NCBI RefSeq assembly: GCF_006345805.1
Contig: NW_021825419.1
Span: 1-15,586 of the forward strand
Length of the DNA: 15,586 bases
DNA from: Octopus sinensis
Taxonomy: Eukaryota
Direction of reading: 5' to 3'
Made by a program: the position numbers and the translations under genes. Positions within the stretch are counted from its first letter, which is position 1; each line of letters starts with the position of its first letter. Positions 1 to 7,934 of the stretch are shown one piece after another. The notes beneath the pieces were generated by a model. It was not told where the DNA came from. It saw nothing but the letters and a program-made list of their open reading frames with translations, and did no database searches.

Positions 1-418
1 AATGTCAAAATATAAAAGGAAGATATATTAGAGCTACTATAGAGAACGAAAGGTAGATAGATTAGGGTCCACATTTAAGGAAGATATACCGAAAGAAGTG
101 TTTCTATGTGTGGAGCAAGGAAAATATGACGGTGTAAAGGGAACAAAGCCTAGAATTGCAGCGATGAAGGGTAGAATTTATTAGTTCAGCAAAACTATCC
201 GGAAGTAGCAACGTGCAGGAGAGGAGGAATATAAATATATATATTCAATACAAGTTAAATTTTTAAACATCAGGTATATGAATATAAACTTTTCTACTTA
301 CCACTCCAAAATTTAATAGATGAAAGGACATTGGTGGCCAATAAAATTTATATAAAATCCGTCCAAATTTGAATATCCAAAATGTAATCTGAAAAAAAAT
401 ATAGATAAATATTAGATA

Positions 419-817
419 CGTGCAGACGTGGTTTTATGATAAATAATCTTGCTTCCCAAGTACGTTGTCTTGGGTTCAATCCCACCGCTGGACACTTTAA
501 GCATTTATCGTGTACTATAACCCCACGCCAACTAAAACCTAATGAGTGGATGTGGTGGTCGGAAGCTGTTTGGAAGACCGTCGTATATATGTGTACGTGT
601 GTATGCAGGTGTGTTTTTCTTTGTCTCCACCACTTCTTCAGAATCGGTGTTGGTTTCTTTATGTCCTGGTAACTTAGTGCTTCGAGTGAAGGTGTACTAC
701 AAAATAAGTGGTAGTCTTTAAAAATCAGTAATAAAGTTGATTTCTTTTAATGAAAACCTTTCAAGGCAGTACGCTAACATGAACCTACAATTCAATGACT
801 GAAACAAAACAAAAAGG
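419..817 (+). mobile_element. Degenerate tRNA-derived SINE (same family as 12458-12870)
   Basis: B-box GGTTCAATCCC at 473-483, internal TA/TG tract (~583-615), central GTAACTTAG motif and 3' ATGACTGAAACA (795-806). Colinear by eye with the well-preserved copy at 12458-12870. Confidence 0.85.
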
Positions 818-819
818 AG

Positions 820-907
820 TTTGGGGATCAGTTTTCTACAAAATCCTTCAATATGGCGTCCCGGCAGAGCAAAGCAGTCCAGCGACTTAAGTAAATATAG
901 AAGATAA
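820..907 (+). mobile_element. Second, more decayed SINE 3' tail fragment
   Basis: GGGGATCAGTT...CCTTCAATATGGCGTCCCGGCAGAGC...GCAGTCCAGCGACTTAAGTAAATATAGAAGATAA loosely matches the family tail GGGATCGAGTT...AAGGCAGTGCTCCAGCATGGCCGCAGTCAAATGACTGAAACAAGTAAAAGAG. Confidence 0.5.
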
Positions 908-1374
908 CAGTCAGCTCTACCACAGGTAGCACAACCTCTGATAGGGCATATTCGTACTGATCTACATCCAGGATTGATCAACACTATTGTTTTAGATCAA
1001 GCCCTCATTGATTTTTAAAGATCTACTTGGAAAGAAAAGTGAGGGTTGGGAGAGTGCTACGACCCAATGAATTTGGGGGAAACACGGGTGACTGTTGAAA
1101 ATATTGAGTGACTGGTTCTATTCTATGTATGCGCCTGTACATTAGAGAATAGTAGCTAGACGAGGGCTCATGCCTATAGTTATCATGGTAGTGCTAGATC
1201 TATCAGCTACCTTGATTGGCCCTACCTGAATTTTCTCCTGTATTTTCTAGCTTTTTATCCGTTTGGATAGGAAGATCCTACAAAATTTTGCGTTTCTTTG
1301 ACTCTAGCGCACTTTCGACTCGATGATCATATCATGAAACTCCAGCTTCAAATCTTCATTTCTGATAAAACATC

Positions 1375-1395
1375 AACCCTAACCGTAACCCTAAC
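1375..1395. repeat. Short telomere-like tract (AACCCT)3.5
   Basis: AACCCT-AACCGT-AACCCT-AAC read directly from the sequence. Confidence 0.6.
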
Positions 1396-1909
1396 TTGGT
1401 GATTCTTCCATTTCCTATATTTTCTCTGTACCAACTTGGGATATTCTGCAACGATGTGTGCCGCTGTCTCATTCCAAGTTCAAGTCTTGTGCAGCATTTA
1501 CTGCAACTTATCCAACTAAATCATCTTCATTATTTACTTCATTAGCAATCTTAGACACATAGTGATTTCCTTCTTTTTCATGTTCTTCATATCTTACCCC
1601 TTCGTTACCACTTTCTCTTATTGTTGTTTCACACTTTTCTTGTTCAGTTTTTATTCTTCTCTGAATTTCTTCCGCCTCTAATCCTGTAATCCAAAAGTCT
1701 TATAAAATTCCCCCTTACTTGCTATATCAATCTCTGGGCGGATGATTCAAAAACTCTTATTTCATCCCATATTCTCTTCATTCGTTTCATAAAAACCCCT
1801 TTTATTTGATTCACTTCTCACCAGCATTCTATTACAATCTTCTTTATCTTTTTCTCCCATTTCATTTTTTAAAATTTGTTTTTACACTTTTAACTTCGAT
1901 TCTGGTCCC

Positions 1910-1951
1910 GATCAAGCTCCAGTAGGTCATCAGACCTACTGGAGCTTGATC
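1910..1951. repeat. Perfect 19-bp inverted repeat with 4-nt loop
   Basis: GATCAAGCTCCAGTAGGTC-atca-GACCTACTGGAGCTTGATC. Confidence 0.97.
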
Positions 1952-2330
1952 AGACACTCCTTGCCTGCCGTGCACGACACCTTCACTGTTAACACTTCCG
2001 GTCTTATTATTTTCATTTTGATATCACTCTTTTAGCATTTGCAAGGTTGTGCAATTACAAATATTTTTACAGTGACACCTTCCCTATGGGTTGATAACGA
2101 AGGTTCACATGGTCCACACCTAACATCGTATACACTGTTTTCAGTTCCGAACTCATTCACACCATTGTTTAATACATTTGTATTTCACATCTTCATTCAT
2201 GAGGATGCTGGTGATGAAATGACACAACCACCGCTGTTTTTATTGATACACTATTTCCAGAGAGGTTGCTGACCAAGGCTAAAGGAGCATCTTCAGCCCA
2301 TGAGTTAACTCCCGCAAGACGCCAACCTGA

Positions 2331-2387
2331 CATTTTAAGGTCTCGGGGTGAATATTTCAAGGTCTCCGGGTGGGTATCTTAAGGTCT
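2331..2387. repeat. 22-nt tandem repeat (~2.6 copies) at the element 5' end
   Basis: CATTTTAAGGTCT / CGGGGTGAATATTTCAAGGTCT / CCGGGTGGGTATCTTAAGGTCT. Confidence 0.85.
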
Positions 2388-2391
2388 GAGC

Positions 2392-2392
<1 letters not shown>

Positions 2393-2467
<75 letters not shown>
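2393..2467. repeat. (TTA)25 microsatellite
   Basis: Perfect trinucleotide tract. Confidence 0.99.
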
Positions 2468-2470
<3 letters not shown>

Positions 2471-3009
2471 AGTCAGAGAGCAGTACATACCACTAAAGAG
2501 ACACTGGGATAAAATATACGAAGCCCAGTATACCCATCACGACTACCAGTCTGATAAGTGTACACCAGGCACATACATCACAACCACATGTGCGTGACAT
2601 CGTTTCATATCAAGATAAAAAGCGCATAAACTTGCTGTTGTTATCCAATTAGAATTTTATTCAGGTCGAATATCCCAACCCGCTCAAAAGCTCCCTGAAT
2701 AAGGGTTGTTTACGGACGTTGTACGAAACACCCATGTTCCCAGAGGTGACTTATTCAAACTCCAAAGAATCCCTCTCAACACATGGCTATGATGCTTCCC
2801 CGCCACTACTTCTGCACATGATCAGAGATGCACATATCGCCAGCTGTTAAAGGACAGGCTCAACTAATTAAGGTCAAGCAAAAATTTGAGGTATTGAGCA
2901 GAATATTTGCTGTAGACCATTTTTTATACCAAAGCAAAACAATGTGCATGATAACACTTCCAATCAGTTAAGATCAAAAGCCATGACAGCCACCGCCTGG
3001 TGCTGCATC
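2468..3009. mobile_element. ~540-bp non-coding interspersed element bounded by TTA repeats
   Basis: Flanked by (TTA)25 on the left and TATTACTATTATTA (3010-3023) on the right, with no long ORF. It resembles a repeat I recall from octopus DNA (unverified). Confidence 0.55.
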
Positions 3010-3069
3010 TATTACTATTATTACCTGTCTTTTACCCGGGGGCTAGAATGATCTGATTAATTACAGATT

Positions 3070-3520
3070 TTCACAGATTCGTGCACTGTTCTTTCTGCTA
3101 TTTAGAGGTTTTGATTATTACCTGGTATCCAGACTGCACTGCATTTCTTGTAACCAATAATTATCTTACTATCAAAATCGTATATCTTGATATTTTTTCT
3201 ATTATCACCATGGCCTCTATCAACAGTCATCCATTTATATATATCTACTTTATGTAACCTTTTAATATCCCCATCGGGAATACTTTGAATTTCATCAGTA
3301 TAATCAGCCTGCCTAAAGTAAATTATAGTATGTGTCATTCTGTCTCAATATTTTTTCATTTGCGAAAGTCTAGAAATGCTACGTGAAATGCCCTTAACTA
3401 TAGCCACGGTAATTGCGTTTGTGTGGCTTGATTTTCACGTATTACAGGTTCCTATTTGGTTTGCAGTATATATAATAGAGACTGGCACGAAGATCCAATA
3501 TAAAGTCCAGAAAAAATATT
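3070..3520 (-). mobile_element. Possible very old LINE (CR1/L2/Jockey-like) RT C-terminal remnant
   Basis: Weak. Minus-strand YKKCSAVWIP resembles the LEYCSxVWxP motif and upstream spacing is loosely compatible, but no intact catalytic motif is visible. Confidence 0.25.
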
Positions 3521-3839
3521 ACTCTCTACTCGTTCTCCGGAGAGATGAAGGGACCTAAGTTCTTAATGAATTTTAAGAGTTTTTCTAAACAATTCTTAAT
3601 TAACACACACACACATACACACGTGTATATATTATTTGTGGGCTAACTAGGAAACCAACGGTTTCATGTAGCAGTCTACACATTTAGTCATGGAAGGGTT
3701 GACTCTTGCCTCAATTTTAGCTGAGAATACAGAAGGTTACACTTGACTGAAGGGATTTAGTTTACGTGAGAAAACTTATAAGAATATAACAAATATTTAA
3801 TTGATTCCTCAATTATTTATGAATGCTTCAGCAACCCAA

Positions 3840-3990
3840 CTACATACCTGCTGTTGGAGATTACTTTTCCTTCTTTGGACTTTTCCCTTTCTCCTTTCCG
3901 ACGGAGAGCTATGCATGAAACGTCAAACTCTCTCTTTATCAAGCGTCAAGCTAATACATAATTGTATTATTCGTTTATTTGAATTGAGGA
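3840..3990 (+). mobile_element. Short hammerhead-containing repeat, copy A (degenerate)
   Basis: Pyrimidine tract, then TTT CCGACGG A GAGC TAT GCAT GAAACGTC AAA (3895-3927), then ...AAGCGTC...CTAATACA. Colinear with 15156-15295. Confidence 0.65.
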
Positions 3991-3995
3991 ATTAT

Positions 3996-4092
3996 ATGTG
4001 TGTGTGTTTGTGTATGTGCGTGTGTTGTGGTGGAGTGTATGTGTGAGTGTGTATGTGTGTGTGTGTATATGTGTGTGTGAGTGTGCGTGTGT
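3996..4092. repeat. Imperfect (GT)n microsatellite
   Basis: Direct reading. Confidence 0.95.
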
Positions 4093-4099
4093 GGTTCAA

Positions 4100-4225
4100 A
4101 TGTACAGAAAACAAAGCACAACAACAGCTGAGGGGACATCCGGCAAGTGTATTTGTTTCACGCTACGGAAGAATGAAAAATTCCTTGACGCTTCGAACCT
4201 ACGCCACTCGACAGAAAAGAGTTAG
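4100..4225 (-). mobile_element. Short hammerhead-containing repeat, copy B (degenerate)
   Basis: Minus strand 4219-4183 reads CTTTT CTGTCGA GTGGC GTAG GTTC GAAGCGTC AAGG, then AATTTTTCATTCTTCCGTAGCGTGAAACAAATACAC. Colinear with 15177-15250. Confidence 0.7.
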
Positions 4226-4493
4226 AAGAAAGCAATGGCCAGAGGGAGACAGGCAGCCAAACAGAAAGAGAGAGAGAAAGGGACACAAAAAGAGAGAAAA
4301 AAAAGAAAATGGAGTGAGCGAAAGTGTGTCTGGATTAGCAGTTTAACATGATGAAAAAATTACATGTGTGTGTCAAAACTAACTAAATACACACAGATAC
4401 ACTTGCATACCGATATACATAATGTATATCTGTAACATATATATATAATGTATGTATATCATATATAAATAATGTATATATATATATATATAC

Positions 4494-5915
4494 AGGGATG
4501 ACATCGACTTCCTGTCCCATCTTCCCAAAACAACAGAAACAATTCAGTTTTACTAAGTTTTGATGTGGTAAGTCTCTACACCAATATTCCACTCGATTTA
4601 GGAATAAGGCGATTAAATACTGGTTAGAAAACATAGAGAAGTGATTCCCAGCAGATTCACAGTGCCATTTATTTAGACACAGTCAAACTTATTCTAGAAA
4701 ATACACATTCTTCTTCAATGGAAAGAATTACATCCAAATAGAGGCACGGCGATGGGAACGAGGTTTGCTCCCGTTTACGCCAACTCTGTATGGGATACTT
4801 AGACAACAACTCTACCAAGAGGTGGAGGTAAACTATGGCACTGGTTTAGAAAGTATATTGAAAAGGCATGGAAGAGATACCTTGACGACTGCTTCATATC
4901 TGGACGAATCTATAAATACTCTGGAAGAGTTCAATATCCTCCTGAACAACCTACACACCCATCTCTCCAATTTCAAAGGAGATGAGTAGTACCAAATTAC
5001 CATTCCTAGATATAATGGTAATTAAAAAAGACAACCACCATCACCACAGATATATAAACACACAGACACCCAATCAATCCTAAATTTTAAGTCGTGCCAT
5101 CCACCACATACAAAACGTAACATCCCATACTGCCTAGCCAGAAGAATTTGTACCATTGTAGAATGCAAATATCAGGAACACACGCCTAATAGAACTAAGA
5201 GAATTTTTGCTCAAACAAATAAACCCATCTCTACTTATAGAAAATGACCTACAGCGGGCTATAAAAATACCCATACAACAACTTAGGACAACCCAAGGAA
5301 GAGGAAAACAAGAAAACAAGTCATACCATTCATAGTGACACACAACCCATGTCACCAATATCTTCACATTGCCAAAGCAACCTACCAATCATTGCCCAAA
5401 GTAAATGAATTAAAAGACATAATCACGGATCGAGCTATGGTGCTTAGTAAAAGACAGCCTAAAAACTTGAAAACATTACTACCAAAGCAAAATTTGACCT
5501 TAGCAACAAAACCAAACATTCACGGTAATCTAAATGCAATGATAGCCGATGTGGCACATGCCATTCATACATACCGGTCAATATATAAACACAAAAACCG
5601 GGAAAATATTCACAAACGCGAATATGAACTGCAAAAGCAGAATTTAATTTACTGCATCAAATGCCACCCAATTGTGAAGGAATATATGTAGGTCAGACGG
5701 GAAACGCACTATTAGGACGCTCACGTGTACACCGGCAACAGATTAGAGACCCAGAGGTCCGTCAGATACCTTTGAGTAACCACCTAGCAATATGTGGCCG
5801 GAAAATGTATATAATATTTCCGTTCTCACAAATTACACAGCCCAAGTGAAATCGAGAGGAGAATCAGAGAAAGAATTTTATTGATAAATTCGAACCCAAG
5901 CTAAATAAGCAATAA
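4494..5915 (+). pseudogene. Penelope reverse transcriptase + GIY-YIG endonuclease, frameshifted
   Basis: Motifs in order: RDDIDFLSHLP, SFDVVSLYTNIP, GTAMGTRFAPVYAN, WKRYLDDCF, LPFLDI, SCHPPHTKRNIPYCLARRICTIVE, linker KCNDSRCGTC (CX4CX2C, Neptune hallmark), NLIYCIKC..NCEGIYVGQT..R..VHRQQIR..HLAIC, ending IDKFEPKLNKQ* (stop 5913-5915). Confidence 0.95.
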
Positions 5916-6231
5916 TAATAATACTTAGAGGTATTACTTCCACTGCTACGACCATGACCACTAACAACAACAACAATACTAAAGGTGATCAAGATGAAGA
6001 TAGCAGAAAATTATCTTATTTAGGGTTAAAAGTTCTATTGCCACCACAATCACCACTAGCAACAATAATTAAGGGTGCTGACAATGATGATGATGACAAT
6101 TGAAATATAAAATATAAAAATCTCTGACAAAGGCTATTTACAACATTTCTAAAAATAACCCAACAATTGCTGCTTCGGCCAGGGTCAAGATACAGGACTC
6201 TTGACATGTCCAACAAAGCGTGATGCCTAAA

Positions 6232-6375
6232 CCAATCAATCTCAACCAACCAATCAGCTTAAGTAATTGAGTGATACTACCACTGATTGGTCAGAATACA
6301 GTTTGCAAAACCTAGCACTCTGGAGCCTACCCAGCTGTATTTATAGCACAGAATCAATCATCTTGCTACAGTCAA
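6232..6375 (+). promoter_or_regulatory. Putative Pol II promoter in the Penelope terminal repeat
   Basis: CCAAT at 6232 and 6250, ATTGG at 6286, TATTTATA at 6338-6345, and Inr-like CAGT at 6369-6372 about 30 nt after the TATA-like box. Confidence 0.45.
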
Positions 6376-6408
6376 AATTTGTGAAGCATGACTGTCAACA
6401 CTACTACA

Positions 6409-6453
6409 TGAACCCGAAGATTGCAGAATTCAATGCATGAAAGTACTAGTTCA
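6409..6453 (+). ncRNA. Minimal type I hammerhead ribozyme (Penelope-associated)
   Basis: Stem I TGAAC/GTTCA; core CCGAAGA; stem II t-TGCA-gaattcaa-TGCA-t; GAA; palindromic stem III AGTACT; predicted cleavage after A6448. Confidence 0.85.
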
Positions 6454-6586
6454 ATCAGATGAACATTTAACATTCTACTACTATTTCATTTTTATTTTTA
6501 TTCAATTATAATATATTATCTTATAATATATCATTATAAGATTGTAAATAAAACGTGAAAATCAGACAAGGTTGGAATCCCTTTTA

Positions 6587-6588
<2 letters not shown>

Positions 6589-6620
<32 letters not shown>

Positions 6621-6837
6621 ATATCATAGATATATTATAAACAATATATACAATCTATATAAAATATAACGTATTTAGTATACAAATGGTATGTATATGT
6701 ACATATATATATATATATATAATATACAGATACATTACAGATATGTATATAGGTAGATATATATAATATATATAATATATATGTATATATCGTAATATAG
6801 GCAATATATAATATATAATATATATTATATATATATA

Positions 6838-6882
<45 letters not shown>

Positions 6883-6894
6883 TATATATATAAC

Positions 6895-6925
<31 letters not shown>

Positions 6926-6929
6926 ATAT
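6589..6929. repeat. (TA)n-rich low-complexity tract
   Basis: Direct reading. Confidence 0.95.
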
Positions 6930-6986
6930 GAGTGTCTGTGTGGATAATTTACCTATAAAGTTTATTTTAAACGCACCGATCTACTT

Positions 6987-7051
6987 GGTAAAATTGTTAA
7001 TTAATTGATTAATTAATTAATTAATCAATTAATTGATTAATAAATTTTACC
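6987..7051. repeat. AT-rich palindrome ((TTAA)n-derived)
   Basis: Perfect 36-nt palindrome at 6999-7034 with outer arms GGTAAAATT/AATTTTACC. Confidence 0.9.
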
Positions 7052-7508
7052 CTTCTATTATTAATTTAAAATTATAATTTTCTCCATGATAGAATACTCT
7101 AGTTTTCTGCGGTATTGCTCGTAGCATACACGTGGTTATGGAATTTGAATAGTGTATTCACATTCGGCTCTGTAAAATTTGGAAGTGTTGGTTGGATATC
7201 TGTTACATAATGTCGCTCGATCGTGTGCATATTCGTGTCATAGCACTTTCAAATTTCATGAAAATTGGAAATATCATACTGAAGAGAGAAGTATGTAAAA
7301 CATAAATTACTTTAATCTCAAAACGCGTATATAGTTAATCCTGGTCGTATTGATTCATTGCTTTTCTCTTTGCCTTCGTAAAAAAGTATGTTTACCGTCA
7401 TGGTATAGTAGTAGAAAAGAAATTTTTTGACTCCTCTTTCTAATTTGGGTATGTGGGTGAAGTAGTTAGCTGAACCCTAATTATAATTTATATATTTATT
7501 AATATATA

Positions 7509-7786
7509 TTCTTTTATTCTTTTACTTCTTTCAGTCATTTGCTTTCGGCCATGTTGGAGCACATCATTGAAGCGTTTTTACTCGATGAAACCAACTTTAG
7601 GACATATTTCTTAAACCTAGAATATATCTTATGTTTTCTTTTGTTTGTTTGTTTGTTTTTTTATGCTAATTTAGGAAGACGTAAACACAACCAACACCAC
7701 TTGTTAAGCGGGGATGGAGGGACAAAATCAGATACTCACACATCGATATATGTACACAACAACATAATCCACCACACACACGCACG

Positions 7787-7868
<82 letters not shown>

Positions 7869-7928
7869 TATATGTATATATATATACAGAGAGAGAGAGA
7901 GAGAGAGAGAGAACGGGATTTTTTTCAG
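7509..7928 (-). mobile_element. SINE copy lacking its head, with expanded internal (TA)n/(GA)n
   Basis: CTTTTATTCTTTTACTTCTTTCAGTCATTTG..CGGCCATGTTGGAGCAC is the reverse complement of the family tail. GACGTAAACAC..CTTGTTAAGCG matches the body. ACGGGATTTTTTTCAG after the microsatellite matches the reverse complement of CTGAAAGAAGCCTGT. Confidence 0.85.
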
Positions 7929-7934
7929 ATTTTC

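Larger units (their letters stand above)
1400..2392 (-). mobile_element. 5' portion (5' UTR + decayed ORF N-terminus) of an R4/Dong-clade non-LTR retrotransposon
   Basis: Minus-strand translation from 1865 to ~1650 gives MKWEKKIKKIVIECW..SESNKRGF.MKRMKRIWDEIRVFESSAQRLI*QVR..FWITGLEAEEIQRRI (with frameshifts and stops). This matches the N-terminal motif of R4/Dong ORFs (W..NK.VMECY..SEP..RGYRKRM..W...SEQRL.DQ...W....E.EEI). The 5' end abuts (TAA)25, the known Dong target. The left boundary is approximate. Confidence 0.7.
4493..6588 (+). mobile_element. 5'-truncated Penelope-like element (Neptune-type) with 3' non-coding/pLTR region
   Basis: Frameshifted RT-GIY-YIG ORF (4494-5915) followed by ~670 nt of non-coding sequence containing a hammerhead. 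Flanked on both sides by (TA)n. Confidence 0.92.

Noticed and set aside
1-418. Purine-rich stretch that could be a decayed coding or TE fragment
   Set aside because: No recognisable motif in the frames examined.
2254-2297. Minus-strand CTGAAGA...GAAA as a further hammerhead
   Set aside because: The candidate stem II (TGCT/AGCA) is separated from GAAA by 9 nt, and no stem I or III closes the junction.
2331-2387. CRISPR-like or iteron-like reading of the 22-nt repeats
   Set aside because: No unique spacers, eukaryotic context and no cas genes. It is a simple tandem repeat.
7240-7290. CAAATTTCATGAAAATTGG, reminiscent of non-autonomous Helitron/Helentron-type repeats
   Set aside because: A single short motif with no definable termini.
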